DNA of 64,000 nt from the human T2T-CHM13v2.0 reference genome, Homo sapiens (GCF_009914755.1 NC_060940.1), one strand, 5' to 3'; positions 29,575 to 49,489 are shown, numbered from the stretch's first letter. A program made the numbers and translations. The notes: a model not told the origin generated them from the letters alone.

Positions 29575-30210
29575 TGGTTGCCATTTATCTTCCTGGATCT
29601 TCTCATCTGGGAAATGGGATGAAGGAGGCAATTTAGACCTGGATGCATTCAAGATACGTTCCAACCCCCCAAAAGTTCAGTAAACTTAGCAGCCATCAGG
29701 GCCCGTAGGGAATGGGTGTCTTGTTAGCTGAGGGTTCTGGTTAACAGAGCATTCTCATCCAGACTAGAGGTTGCAAACTCAGAAGTCTACAGAGACCTGG
29801 CTGGAAGCTCGGTGTGTGAAGCCAGCAGGGCTTGTATGGAGACCAAGTGTGACACCTGCCTCATTATGCCAAATCCAACTACACTAGAGCCATCCCTGGG
29901 GTGTGGTCAGCCATGGGGTGGCCACATTGCAACTTCTGATCTGTAGCCTCGTGTCTCAAAGTGTGGTTCCAGGGGGGCAGCCCCAGCATCAGCTGTAGCT
30001 TGTTAGAAACACAGAATTTTAGGCCCCTCCCCAGACCTGCTGGATGACAATCTGTATTTGAACAAGATGCCCCACGTACTCAGCTAACCTGTGATTTGTG
30101 TATACTTAGCCCACATCAGAACCACCAGCAGAGCATGTTAAAACACAGGCCTACGGGCACCACTCTAGGCCTTCTGCTAGAGCAGGTCTGGGTGGGCCCA
30201 GCGTGCTGCA

Positions 30211-30520
30211 TTTCTTTTTCTTTTTTTTTTTTTTGAGACAGGGTCTCACTCTGTTGCCCAGCCTGGAGTGCAGTGGCATGATCACGGCTCACTGCAGCCT
30301 TGACTTCCCGGGCTTAGGTGATTCCCCCCATCTCAGCCTCCCAAGTACCTGGGACTACAGGCACATGCCACCATGCCCAGCTAATTTTTTTTTGCCATTT
30401 TTTGTAGAGACAGGGTTTCACTATGTTGCCCAGCTGGGCTTAAATTCCTGAGCTCGAGATCCACCTGCCTCGGCCTCCCAAAGTGCGGGGATAACAGGAG
30501 TGAGCCACCGCACCCGCTTG
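30211..30520 (-). mobile_element. AluJ inserted into a MER5-like element, TSD GTGCTGCATTTC
   Basis: TSD at 30203-30214 and 30521-30532; MER5-like sequence on both sides. Confidence 0.88.
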
Positions 30521-30833
30521 GTGCTGCATTTCTAGCAGGCTCCGGGGAGATGCGTAGGTGACCCATCTGGAAACCACACGTGGTGACAGCTCTGAGCCAC
30601 CACAGGAGCCTCTGCTATCAGAGATGAGACCCCACTGCCAGGATATGCTGGGTGCAGAAGGACTTGGAGGCCCTGAGGGTCCCAGAAGCCACAGCACCCA
30701 GGAGTGGGCCCCACCTCGAAGACCTTGAGGGCTGTGTATCCAAGCCCATAATTCAATCCCTAGTCCCCCGTCACTACCATGGTCTCTCTGGGCTTCCCTA
30801 TGCTGTGTCCACCAGCCTGGAGGGAGAGCCTAG

Positions 30834-31295
<462 letters not shown>

Positions 31296-31384
31296 TAATG
31301 GGTTCCTAACTAATGCCTGGTACTGACCGTGACCAGGCAACCACGCCCCTTTCTTTGTTACTGCCACCAGCAAAACAGAATCTA

Positions 31385-31693
31385 TTTTTTTCTTTCTTTT
31401 TTTGTTTTGAGAGACAGGATCTCACTCTGTCACCCAGATTCGAGCGCAGTGGCACAATCACAGCTCACTGCAGCCTTGACCTTGCAGGCTCAAGTAATTT
31501 TCCTGCCTCAGGCTCCCTAGTAGCTACAGGTGTGTACCACCACACCTGGCTAATTTTTTTATTTTTTATTTTTGTAGAGACAGGATCTCACTGTGTTGCC
31601 CCAGGCTGGCCTCAAACTCCTGGCCTCAAGCAGTTCTCCCACCTCAGCCTCCCAAAGTGTTAGGATCATAAGCGTGGGCTGCCACACCTGGCC
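31385..31693 (-). mobile_element. Alu (J-type)
   Basis: Diverged antisense Alu. Confidence 0.88.
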
Positions 31694-31964
31694 TGTTTTT
31701 CCCTTTTCTACACATCAAGTTGCATGTGCTTTTCTGACAGCACACGGTGCCCTTGCTAGAATTTACGACAGGACATCCCACTGTGGTCCCAGCTCCTCCT
31801 CTCCACCAGCCTCTGGAATGGGGGCTGCCTCCCTGGCCACCTCAGGCCTGCCCTTCACCATCCAGCAGCTCTTCTCCCCTTCGGGGTTACCAGGCCTCCT
31901 CCTGGGCCATCTGCTTCCCTGTGCCTGCCTCTCTCACTGTCCCCTCCTCTCCGCCCATTTCTAA

Positions 31965-32488
<524 letters not shown>

Positions 32489-33678
32489 GAAGGCACTCTT
32501 GTTCCCATTTTACAGAGGGAGAAACTGAGACATAGGGAGTTGAAGGAACTTGCCAGAGGTCACAGAGCAGTTAAATGGCAGAGCCAAAGTGGGAAGGATG
32601 GAGTGATGGCAGCCTTGGCTCTGGGCCTAGTCACCATCCTTCCCTGGCTTAAAAAAACCACTGCCTCTTGTTGGGCCTCAGTTTCCACCCCTGTGAAGTA
32701 GGACACAGTCCCTCTCCTGCTGGCCTCTCAGACCCTAGGGTTTGAGAAGCTGCCTGTGATTCTCTCAAGTGATGTGTGCAGGGGGAGGTGGCTATGATTG
32801 CTCTGGGGCTGCTGATGATGGAGCCTGCCTGACGAGCCCCCACCTTCCTCATTGATTAGGTGCTCACATATGCAGATACGGCCATAGGTGCTGGGGAAAC
32901 AGTGATGATGTCCTCCTGAGGGACGGGGCAGACAGACACAGGTACATAGACAGATATGTAAAACGATTGTACATTGCAGTGATCTGTGAAGGAAGCAGCA
33001 TGGAGCGGAGACAGATTACATCAGCCTGGGTGATCAGGGAAGGCCTCTGAGGATGTGATATTAAGCTGACAAGTAAGACCTTTCCTGTGAAGAAAGGCAT
33101 TCCTGGAAAAAGGAACAGCAAGTGCTAAGGCCCTGAGGCAGGAGAGAGCCTGACAGCAAAGGGAGGCCAGTGCAGCTGGGCCAAAGGAAGCAAGCGAGGG
33201 GGAGGGTGGCAGGAAGTGGGGACAGGTCAGGCAGGGTCCTGTCATCCTGGGCACGATTTGGGGTTTGTGTGACCTGGATGAGGAGGTCACAGGAAGACTT
33301 TCAGGTAGAGCCATGGTGGCATCTGACTTCTAGGTTTAAAGACTCCCTCTGGCTCTGGTGTGGAAAAGAGAGTGCAGCTGAGCTTGCATCAGAGATTCCT
33401 GTTATGGGTCAGGGTGTGTCTGGGCACGAGATGATGGGAGCCTGGCTGGGCTGACATAGTGGAAGTGGGGAGAGGACGGATGCTGAATGCAGCTTGAAGG
33501 TGAAATCAGCAGCACTGGTGGCATATAGGAGGTGAAGATAAAAGGAGATTAAGGACGATGAATTCCTAGTTTTCTGGCTAAAACCGTGATGTTCTAGGCC
33601 TGTGGCTCAGCACCAATGTCCAAGCCTGTCCTGCCTAAGGGCAAGATGCCTCCTCGCTGGGGTCAGTGGACCCTGTGA

Positions 33679-33866
<188 letters not shown>

Positions 33867-36107
33867 TCCTGTGTGTTTTATTAACTGCATAGCCCCGGGG
33901 TGCTCAGGGAGTATTTGTTGAATGAACCAATGAATCAGTGCCTGGGAATTCCCAAGTCCTGTCCTCTCTTTGCCTCAGTTGACCCATCTGTAAAAGAGAC
34001 CACTAGTTTCATAAACCCCTCTCCAAGCTCCTTGCCTGGGGGGTCTGGTCACCCCAGAAGGGCTGTGCCCATCTGTGCCAGGAGTCAGGACCATGCTTTA
34101 AGCAGGCCCTGGCTCCCCATCCCATCCCCCAGCCTGAAACCTCAAATTACCTATGGGGTGGGGGCTGCCCCAGAGGTGTTTCCATCGTGCCCAGATGCGC
34201 ATGGCAGGCCCAGCCCTCCCTTAATGACACCTTGCCTGCCTGCCCTCCTGCTGGGGTAGGAGGGGAGGGGGCCCCTGGCCCAGCCTAAGCTGTAGTTTCT
34301 TTTTCCATTGCGTCAGGCCTCAGGGTCCAGTACGCCTGGCTGCTGCTGGGCTGGCGCAGAGGGACCCACTCTTCCCCCCGCCTGCCCCAACTCCAGACAT
34401 CATGTGCTCCCCGTTTCGGGGATCCAGAAGCTTCCAGCCAGAGGGTGAGTTGGAGATGGGAGGACCTGCCCCTGGCTCGGGGAGGAGTTCCCTTCCCACC
34501 CACCCATTGCTCACTCTAGCCAGGGCCTGAGCCGATCCAGGTGGAGTTGCAGTGAGCTGGGGGCTCCTGGCCCAGCCACCGCCCCCTGCCCCTGTGACCT
34601 GTCCCTCCTGCCCACGCCCTCAGTCAGGCTGGAGGGAGGGAAAGGCAGGAGGCTGGTATAGTAACCAAGGCAAGATAATGGGGCTTGGATGAGGCAGAGG
34701 GGCGGGGGTAGGGTAGTGATGGGGACAGAAGGAGGTGACCCCAGAGTGTTCATATGAGCATCTGTCATTGTATTTGTCAGTCTGGGTGCGTATGTGTATG
34801 TGTGTATATGTGACCACACGTGTGTAAATGGACAAGGAAGCAGGTGAATCTGGGCGTGTGTGCCTGACACCCTCAGGATGAGAAGAGAAGTGTCTGATTT
34901 GGCAGCAGGAGATGGTGGCCCAGGTGGCATCTAACATGTCACAGAGGGGGCCTGTGAAGTGAGGAGGGGGTAGGTGAGCTAGAATCCACCTCGCCAGCAA
35001 TGGTGGGAGATGCAGGGGTGTGGACTGGGTGACCCAGAGGAACTGGTGAACTTGGATACTCTGGGGCCCATCCTGGGTGTGTGTTCAAATGGGGGAATGC
35101 CCTTGGCTTCCCCAGCCCTGATCACAACCTGCCCGCTTAGCCTCAGGCTCCCCTGGCCTGGCTGATGTCCTGGCTGTCCCTGCCTAGGTCCCACAATGTT
35201 CAGCAATCTCCCCACCCTGGCAAAAGGCCAAGCATTGGCCTGGGAGACCTGATTCACATCCTGTCTCTGCCTTTTCCTGGCCCTGTAACCTCAAGCAAGT
35301 GACTTTTACTCTCTGGGCCTCAGTTTCCTCATCTCTAAAATGGGGGCAATTGTCCTGCAGGCATGGGAAGGCGCTCTCAGCCACACAGCAAGACTTTGGA
35401 CATCCCTGTCTGCCCCCTTCCCCACCCCACCCCAACTTGGCACAGCTGCCCAGCTGCACACAGTAAGAGTGAACGCAGTTCACCAGCTCCTCCAGTGGAA
35501 ACTGATTTTTACACAAGAATAAATCCTGCAGGCAAATTGTAGTGCTGTCCTGATGCTCTGAGCTCGTGTGATTATAACAAGGTTCTAGGAACAAAGGCTG
35601 GGAGGGAGGGGGCTGAGGACCAGCTTCATCGTTGTCCAGATTTTTCCCCTGCCAGGCATGTCCGGGGAACACTGGATCTGGAGGGGAAGCTGGGAGGTCT
35701 CCGCTGCCAGCCCCACTCTCACCCTGGCCTCCTGCAGACCGGGGCTTGCAGGGGACTGCATCTGCCCAGCAAGAGGCTGGCGCTCCAGAGTGCACCGTGG
35801 CCTGGGTGAAAGAGAGGAGGAGTGGACCCAGCATAGTGATGGTGGCTCGATCCTTCCTGCCTGGAGGACAGCAGCTGCCTCCTCACTGGTCTCTCTGCTA
35901 CTTCTCCTTAGCTTGACAACCCCTTCTCCCCACAAGGGGCCAAGTAAGCTTTTAAAAACGCAAATCAGATAATGTCAGTTCTCTGCTTCTAAGACTTCCC
36001 ATTGCTCTCAGAATGAAACTCAGACACCCTATCAGAGCCCACAGCTCCTGCAGGTCCTGGCCACTCTCCCTGCTCCCTCATTGTGTTCCTGCCAGACTGG
36101 ACTGTGA

Positions 36108-36521
<414 letters not shown>

Positions 36522-37344
36522 TGAATGAAAGCCTCAGTTTCCTCCTCTGGAAAATTATATTACTATACTTGCCTCGTAAGACTGAGTGAGGATTAGTGAC
36601 ATTGTTCAGGTGACATGCTCAATTAGTGCTCACAAGCACAGTGACTTGGATTTGTGTTCCCAGAGGGGGCCCACCCACCACCCCCACTTACTTCCCTCCA
36701 CTGGAGAAGTTCAGGGTCAGTAAACCACTTAGCCTCAGGAGGACAAAGTATTAGGGAGTTGGAACCTGGCCATTGTTGGGTAGGTGTTTAGGGGCTAGGT
36801 TCAACCACTGGGATGACAGGGCCAGTGTTAAATGCACACATGCCAGTGGAAATGAGACCTGACCACAGGAGGCTCAAAGGGCTGTGTCCTGATGTCTCAT
36901 GGGCAGATGGGAAACTGAGGCAGAGAAAGCCAGAGGACTTGTCTGCTGGGCCTGTGATGGGTGTGACCTAGGTCCCCCTCCACCCCTTGAGATGGGTTGC
37001 TCCAGTCTCACTCACACCTTGCACTCAAAGGAAAACAGAAGTCCTTCGACTGATCACATGTCAGTAATTAACCTTGACTGGAGGAAGATACTTGAGGCCC
37101 AGGGCACAGAATTTTGGGAAATTGTATATGAGTGAAAGGGTAAATTGTGTGTTGAAGATAAGGACCAATGCTGGCAGGATCTGAGGCATATGGAGGGTTT
37201 GTCCATTCATTCATTTATACACTCATCCTTTTTTCATTCAGCAAGTATATACTGGATGCTTCCTGTGCACCAGTCATTGTGTATGAGCTAGAGATACAGG
37301 GTGAAGGTGATAGACAATGAACAAGGGTGAATTTTTAATGTTAC

Positions 37345-38197
<853 letters not shown>

Positions 38198-38476
38198 TTA
38201 CCAGAAGTGAGCTTCCTAGTGGCCAAAGTAGGAAGGAGAGAAGCCTGAGCAGTTGTCAGCTCCACTGTGGCCACAAGATGCCAACATGCTAGTTGCTCAG
38301 GAGAAGCCCAGGTTTTCCTGGCACAATTAGTATCTGAGACACCCATGTCCACTGTGATTTGTTGCTCATGTGACGGAGCAACACACAAGGAGCTGTGCAT
38401 CCTTACAGGTGAAGACTGACCACAGCAGAGAAAAACTTCAAAGACAAATTTAACACAGCTACCAGAGACAGAGACT

Positions 38477-38479
38477 CTT

Positions 38480-38510
<31 letters not shown>

Positions 38511-38782
38511 GAGATGGTATCATTCTGTCGCCTAGGCTGGAGTGCAGAGACGTGCAATCACGGCTCACTGCAACCTTGAACTACTGGCCTCAAGCAATCC
38601 TCCTGCCTCAGCCTCCCAAGTAGCTGGGACCACAGGCACGCACCACCATGTCTAGCTGATTTTTAAATATTTTTTGCAGAGACAGGATCCTCCTTGTTGC
38701 CAGGCTGGTCTTGAACTCCGGGCTTCCAGGCACTTGACCTCCCCAAGTGCTGAGATTATAGGCGTGAGCCACTGCGCTCAGC
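38477..38782 (-). mobile_element. Alu (J-type)
   Basis: Diverged antisense Alu. Confidence 0.88.
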
Positions 38783-38932
38783 TGAGACTCCCTTTTCATG
38801 CATTTCCTTGCATTCTTCTTTCTTCAAACCTTTGCCTATGTTATTTGACAACCCGCCTCAATTTGCCTTCCATCTCTCCACTCACCTCTTAAAGGCCAGG
38901 TGGTAATGCCTCCCTATGGTGGGGCAGCATAG

Positions 38933-39325
<393 letters not shown>

Positions 39326-39450
39326 TAAATTGTTACTCTTAAAATGAAATTTTATTTTAAATATATTTAAAATATTACTTTGTGTTTAAATTATTACAAT
39401 TAAAATCTATAGATTTATATTTATATGATTTATAGTGATTATTTGATATC

Positions 39451-39744
<294 letters not shown>

Positions 39745-41556
39745 TCTTGTTATAAATTGTTATATATAGTTAACATTTTATAGTTTTATGAAATGTTTGC
39801 TTCCGCTTTTAAATAACCTTTCTAAATGAACACATGGTCAGTAAGAAACAGAGAAACAGTGAGCTCAGGCTTTGGGAGCTGGTCCAAGGCCCAGTGATGC
39901 TACTCCCTGCTGTGTGGCCTTAAGCAAGTAGCTGTCCCTTTCTGAACCTGTCTCCTCATCTGTGAAATTATTATATATTTTTTTTCTGCTGACTCCCTTG
40001 GAAGGCCCCAGATCTGGGGATATTAATGGTGCCCCAGGCAAGGACTTCTGAGCTGGAAGACTTTGGCTTGAAGGTTGGAAAGAGTTGCAGCTTGAGGAAG
40101 GATGTTGAGAAACCTAAGCTGTTCAGACCTTCAGGTTTTAAAACTTGCTTTGCTTTTGCAAAAGGAAACTATTGGAGTAAATGTAGAGAATCCAGATAAA
40201 CCTAAAGGAGAAAATCAAAATTGTTAGGAACCCACCTGTCATAGAGAACCACTGTTAACCGTTTGGTATCCAGCCTTCCAGATGGCTTTATATGCATGTA
40301 TATTTCCCAAAATATGTGTGTATTTTTTAATGGATATTTAACTAGGCCACGGTGGGAGTTCACCTGAACATACTGTGGTTTACAAAGAGTTCCCATGGAT
40401 GTTGGCTCCTTCTTGTGATGCCAAGAAAACGGTGTGGGATTGTTGACCCACTTTACAGAGGGGGAAACAGGGGCCCCAGAGTGGGTAGGGACTTTTTTGT
40501 GTCACCCAGCTTGTTGATGGTACAACTGTAAGTGGGAGGTGGGACATGGGGCCAGCTGAGGACTCCTGGGGGAGCCACAAGCCTGTGAGAGGCATGTCTG
40601 GGGGCACAGTTCCCTTCCACCAGGTCTCTAGAACCCTTGAGTGCCCCGAGGGAGTGGTATCCCCCTGACTCATAGCACAATCCCCCACCCTCCCTGACAA
40701 CCTCTGCCCCCACCCAGGCCAGCCACCCTGGCTAAAAATAGCCCAGGGCCAAGACCTCCTCCGTCCCTGCTGCTCCAGCCCTTGGAAATGGACTGGGTGG
40801 GAGGAAAAGTCAACACAGCCTGGGCCCCAAAATAGACTGTCACCCAGACTCCGCGGTTTGGGGCCTCAGCATCCAGAGGCCAGGAGGCGGGTTTCCTGTC
40901 CCAGTGCCACCACTGACCCACAGTACCAGGCCCTGTCCTCAGCCAGGCTTTGGTATCCACAGTAGGTGGGGTGTTGGGCTGCACAGTGTCAGGATTCTAT
41001 ACAAGATACAAATATCTCCCCGCGCTCCCGTGGGGAGTCCCTGACCCCACCTCCCCCGAAGAATCCTCCCTGCTTTCTGTTTCCTCTCTCAGTTTCCATG
41101 TAAAACATGGTTTGAAAAAGGGTTTTCCCAAAATAAAAAGTGAAAACCGCAAGTAGTCAAATCCTTTCCCTTTACAGAGGTGGAAACGGAGGCCCAGATG
41201 GGGAAAGGGCCTTGTCCTCCATCTCTTACCCAGGCAGGGGCAGGGCCTGAGCTCTTACCCTGGCACCTGGGTAGGGAGCCAGGGCCAAAGAATTAAGAGT
41301 GTGGGTAGCAGAGTCAGACCTCGGTTTCAAATCTCGGCCCTGCTCCACAAGCTGTCCAGCCCTGGGGAAGTCACTTAACCTCTCTGTGCTTCAGTGTCCT
41401 TGTCTGTGAGCTGGGGATAGTGAGTCACTGACGATGACCACAAGAGCCTGGCACAGAGTAGGCATTGTACAAGTTAGCAGAATGATTTCCAGCAGCCTGC
41501 GAGGTCTTGGACCAGCTGCCTTGACTCTGACTTCCATTTTCCTGCCCCTCTGCTAG

Positions 41557-41895
<339 letters not shown>

Positions 41896-43084
41896 TGAAG
41901 AGCTCCCATCTGGAGAGGCAGCCAAACAGAATGCCTCTCAGGATCTGGGGCCCCAGGTGGCCAGGGATTCCGATTGTTAGATATAATCAGGTGTGGTCTT
42001 GACCTCTGGGGGTAGGAGCATCTGACCAGCAACCAAGACACCCACAGTAGTCCCGCTTTGTGGCAGACTCACTGTGTGACCTTGAGAAACTTCCTTTCCC
42101 TCTCTGGGCCACACTTCCCCATCCATCTCAGTCCTTGGTAAGCTCCTGGAGGCCGGGAGCAAGCGGGGCTAGGCGCCCCTGACACAAGTCTCAATCATTC
42201 CTTATGGCTGTATGCCCTTGGATAAGCTCCCATCCCCCTCTGGGCCTCAGTTTCCCCACATTTTCCTTGGGGATTATGATGACTGCTCTGCCCAGCCTAC
42301 ATGGTTGATAAGGGAATGAAATGGAAAATGCTTTGAGGGGTCCTAGTGGAGACTGAAATGCCCGGGGCCTTCCAGGAGATGGTGACCATGCAGAAAGCAA
42401 GGGACTGCCATGGTTGTGATGTCTACTTTTTGCGTAAGAAGCAGGGTACAGTAGTCAGGGTCCCTACCCTGTGGTATAACTGAGAAGAGAGCTTAAGGGC
42501 TTGTGGACAGGGCAGGGAACTGACAAGGGATGGGGAAACCAGTCCAGGGCTTGGCCCCAGAGGAAAGCTGACCACCTTCACCTGGAAGGAAGGCAGGGTG
42601 AGGAAGTGGCATTGCCAGGGCCTGGTAAGACCTGTGGCCCATAGAGGGAGGCCTCTGGACTGCAACTGAGGCAGAAGACAGAGTAATGGAGAAGCTCCCA
42701 TCAAACGGGGGCCCCCACCTCTCACGCCACCTGCTCTCCCGTCTCCTGCCCATCCCCCCAACTGGCTGAACCTCTGAAAGCCAGAGGGCAAAAGAGCCAG
42801 GTGGCACAGTCCCCAGGGCACAGAGCAGGTGTGTGGATCTGCGGAGAAGAACTAGCCCCACAGGAGCAGGACTAGATCATACTGATGTGTGCTCCCCGCT
42901 GCACAGGACGACGCTCGCACTGCACCCAGGAAGCACGAACCATGCTGGCCCCTGAGTGCAGTGGGCAGACACAGGTGGGAGGGTGACTTTGCAATGTGGC
43001 CCACTTTTCCTCTCTATGTTGTTTTGATTATTGCACCCTGTGTAAGTGTATTACCTATTGAAACCAATAAAAATAGAAAGAATT

Positions 43085-43346
43085 GGCCGGGCTCTATAGC
43101 TCATGCCTGTAATCCCAGCACTTTGGGAGGCCAAGGCGGGAAGATCGCTTGAGCCTGGAGTTCGAGACCAGCCTGAGCAACATAATGAGCCCTTGTCTCT
43201 ACCAAAAAAAAAAAAAAAAAAAAAAAAAAGCCAGGCGTGGTGATGCATGCCTGTAGTCCCAGCTACCCAGGAGGCTGAGGTGGGAGGATCGCTTGAGCCC
43301 AGGAGGTTGAGGCTGCAGTGAGCCGTGATCGAGACCTGTCTCAAAA
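43085..43346 (+). mobile_element. Alu (J-type) with expanded A26 linker and a right-arm deletion
   Basis: Sense Alu; A run at 43204-43229. Confidence 0.88.
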
Positions 43347-43744
43347 GGAAAATACATAGAATCTGAGCTTGACTCTGTCCATCAGAGATCATATCCTGAG
43401 GCAGGTGGGGTCTGTGGAATGCCTCTGGAGGAGGGAGTTAGGGGGCTAACCTCCCACAGTTGTCTCCAAAATGCCTTTTCCTAGGGGCAAACCAGGCAGT
43501 GGGAGTCCAACTGCAGCGGGAGACCTCAGGCGGGTCTCTTACCCTCTCTGGGCCTCAGGCTCCTCACTGCCCAGATTGGCTGCTGTCCACCTCCCAGGGT
43601 GATGATGATGCTCAGGCGGGTCACCAGCCAGCCAGGGCGGGGTGCAGCCCTGCCAAGAGGATTTTTCCGGTGCCGGTGGAGGATTTTTCCTTCCCGGGCT
43701 TCCCCCGCTTCCTCACTGAGTGCCCTTTCTCCTCTCTCCCCTAG

Positions 43745-43924
<180 letters not shown>

Positions 43925-44121
43925 TAAAAAGGCCCAACTTACAACTTAGCAACAGGTCTCTTAGCAACCGGCTGCTGGCTCCACAAATGATGCAGTGGGG
44001 GCTGACAAGCTGGGGAGGCCTCCAGAGCCCTGCCAGCAGCCCCCTCCCTGCACTGGCCCCTGCCTGCCCTCCCCTGGGGGTCGTTCAGAAGTGCCCTGCC
44101 CATCAGTGCCCTGCTTGTGGC

Positions 44122-44178
44122 TGCGACGCGCAATGATTCCTGCAATGCGCAACGACTCCCGCGATGCGCAGTAATTCC
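44122..44178. repeat. 3 x 19-bp CpG-rich tandem repeat
   Basis: TGCGACGCGCAATGATTCC / TGCAATGCGCAACGACTCC / CGCGATGCGCAGTAATTCC. Confidence 0.9.
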
Positions 44179-44675
44179 GCTGGAGATGCACAGGCCCTTC
44201 GCCCGGATGAGCTCCTTGGTCTTCAAAGACTCCCAGAAGCCAGGGCCACCCCTGAGACCCAGAGAGGAAGTTCCCTGGGGCAGCTGAGCTAGCGAGATCG
44301 TCCCCTGGTTGTCTGGCTGGCTTCTGAGCCCACGTGATGCCTGGGAAGCCGGCCAGGCTGGAGGGAGAAGCCATGCCTTTGTGTGTTCCCGTGTGTTACT
44401 CCCCTGTCCTGGAACCTCACATGGCTCCCCACTGCCTGACCAACCCTTCGGTTCAAGGCTGTGAAGGACCCCTCAGACCCTGCCTGGCTCTCCTGCCTTG
44501 GTGTTTTTTTAATCTCCTTCACTTAAATGCCCTGCGTTCAAAGCAAACTGAATTCTTAGCATATCCTGAACATACCTCAGGCTCTTACTCTGTTCCTGCC
44601 CCCACGGATCACCACCTCCCAAACAACCTCCCCCAACCTCTTGGTTCCTAACTGGCCCATCTAAATGCCTTCCCA

Positions 44676-44841
44676 GGCCAGGTGCATGGCTTGCACCTGT
44701 AGCACTACTCCTTGGAAGGCTAAGGCAGGAGGATCCCTTAAGGCCAGGAGTTTGAGGCTGCAGTGGGTTATGATCATGCTACTGCCCTCCAGCCTGGGCA
44801 AGAGAGTGAAACCCCATCTCTGAATGAATGAATGAATGAAT
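44676..44841 (+). mobile_element. FLAM with (TGAA)5 tail
   Basis: Alu monomer followed by TGAA repeats. Confidence 0.8.
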
Positions 44842-45737
44842 GCCTTCACAAGGCAGCTTCCAACTAGAAGCCATCTCAGACAGACCCCACTCACCCGGGT
44901 ATGCCATCACCCCAGCATTTCTGGCAGTTCCACTCTAGGCCTCCATCCCGTCCCCTGGGAAATGGGGGTGATAATAGGACCTACCCTATAGGGTTGTTGA
45001 GCAAGTCCCAGTGGGAGGACGGCAGGGGAGAACGGGCAACATGGCTGGCCTCTGTCTGTGGGTCCAGAGGGCCAGATGCCTTGCGCTGGGTGAGGCCATC
45101 CTAGAGGCAGGAGAGGAGAGGAGGCCCCAGCGAAAGGCCCCAGCCCACTTGTGTTGCTGTGGGCAGCAGGGGAGGGAGAGAGGCCTACAGGGGGCCTCAG
45201 CAGTCTCGAAGTCGCCCAGCTAGGCCATCACTGGCTGGGCTGGGGTCAGGGAACCATAGCTGATGGGGAATGCATGGAGGACAGATGACCAATGTGAACG
45301 GATGGGACTCAGTTTCTCCCCTGGGCCTCAGTTTCCCTAGCTGTACAATGAAGTGGCTGTGATGCTGACACCTTGGTGTTCTGAGGAAGCTGTGCTCTCT
45401 GTGGCTGCCGCAGGGGCAGGAGAAGGCCGGTCATGCTGCTCTCTGGGCCAGAACCTCTCCCCGGGACTCAAGACCACCCCCGGTGTCTGGTCCTTGCTTC
45501 ATCTCTGCCCACCACCCCATGGGCCCTGCGGATTTGCGTAGATCCGCTTCCTGACTCCTCATCTCCAGATGGGTTATTTTCCGCATTTTCCAGAAGATGG
45601 AAACTGAGGTGTGGGGAAGACAAGAGATTTGTCCAAGGTCACCTGGAACTGCCCTTCCCTTCCCCCTCCTAGCCCTGGAGGATTGCTCCTGGGGCACCCT
45701 GTGCCATCCTGCCTGGCAGGAGGCTGGGGGAGTCTGA

Positions 45738-46001
<264 letters not shown>

Positions 46002-46423
46002 TGAGGTAGTGAGTGTTCCATCCCTTAGGGGTATTCAAAACACACCTGGAAACCTGCTCATTGGGGCATCCCCATCTCACTTAGTGTAAGTACATTCCAA
46101 GGTCCTTACCCAATGGGGCCCTGCCTGATGTGTCCCCAGTGCCCCGACTCTCTGACCTCACCCCTCCTCCCCGCACCTCACTCTGCTTCAGCCAAACCTA
46201 GCCCCTTGTCTGTGAATTAAACGAGGCACTCTCCTCCCTCAGGAGCTTTGCACTTGCTGTTCCCTCTGCCTGGGATGCTCTCTTCCTTGAATTTTCTCAC
46301 GGCACCCTCTCACCTCCATCAAGCCTTTGCTCCCACATCACCTCCTCAACGAGGCCTTCCCTGAAATTGGTCTTCAATTTCCCACCCCCTCCTTCTCGTC
46401 TCCTTAACACTATTACTGTCTAG

Positions 46424-46745
<322 letters not shown>

Positions 46746-46797
46746 CATACCTTCTTTACTTATTTTCTGTCTCCCTAACTTGAATATAACCTCTTTA

Positions 46798-46992
<195 letters not shown>

Positions 46993-47378
46993 TCACATAC
47001 AAAAAGTGGCACTTTTTAAACCTTAAATGATTTTTTAAAGGCCATGATATTCCTTATGTCATGTGCAGGATAGTTTCAGTTTTTCACATTCCCAATAAAA
47101 TAAACTGAAATGACACCCTGCTGGGAGCCTCACCCTACCTTGGGAATAGTCACCCTCTTGAAGTCCTGGCCCATCTAAAATGCCGGAGTTCTGACTCACA
47201 CAGGCTCTGAGTCTTGGAGGGTCTCTGAGCACAAGCTCTGACAGCCTCAGGGTGGGGGGTTTCTGCTGGGGGACCTGGTTGATCCCAGGGGGCTGCAGCT
47301 GCCCTGGGCCTCTTGCTGAGCCTTGCAGAGTCTGAGGGGAGGGGGCCAGGCTGGCTCTGCCCACAGCTCCTATCCTGA

Positions 47379-47582
<204 letters not shown>

Positions 47583-47585
47583 TAA

Positions 47586-48008
<423 letters not shown>

Positions 48009-48260
48009 TAGAAAGCTCTTTCTCATACAAGTGGAACGAACCCCCATCTTTGGAGGAGGGAGGACTGGAGACTGGGTCCTCATCCTGGATCTATCTGATG
48101 CCCTGAAGTACCCGGGCAGGGCCCCCACCTTTGAGCCCCTCTCTAAAACTCTCTTGCCCTCCCCAGAGGGCTGCAGAGCTGCTAGCTAGGGAAACACCTT
48201 GGAAATTATCAAATTTGGCATGATGAGGACAGTGATTACCAGTCTCTCTAAAAGCTCTCA

Positions 48261-48731
<471 letters not shown>

Positions 48732-49258
48732 TTATAAAATAAAATCAAATAAATAAAAAATAAAAGCTCTTGGTCCCCAGGGGCTGGGTCTGAGAGCAGA
48801 TGGGACTGGGGAGACAGCTAGGTCAGGACAGAGATTCCCAAGTAGGATACCAGGAATCTTAGGTTCTAGTACTGGGTCTGCTACTGCTGCTGTGAGACTT
48901 TGGGCAGGTACCTCTCTTTCAGGGCCTCAGTTTACCCATCAGTGGGATGGGAACAATAATCCCTGCCTTCCTCCTAGGAGGGCCATAGCAGCTCAGACAG
49001 CATATAAAGCTGTGATTTCTGTGCTCATCTCAGAAAAAAATATGTCTAGAGAGGGCCCCAGGCCATAAGCTGGGTGGGTCACAACCCGAGGTGGAGGGGG
49101 AGCCATTTGCCAGGTGTATAAGGAGTGGAGTTGCCTGCACTAGAGGGTACAGCCTCCATCAGTGGGGCAGACACACTTTCTCCTTTTCCCAGCAATCACA
49201 GAAGTCTTCCTGCAGGAGGCAGTTCAGGAGCTATCCAGGCCAGCTAGGCAGATGCTGA

Positions 49259-49489
<231 letters not shown>

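Noticed and set aside
33944-33953. Palindromic kappaB site GGGAATTCCC in CPNE2 intron 1
   Set aside because: A single 10-mer with no supporting cluster; expected by chance in 64 kb
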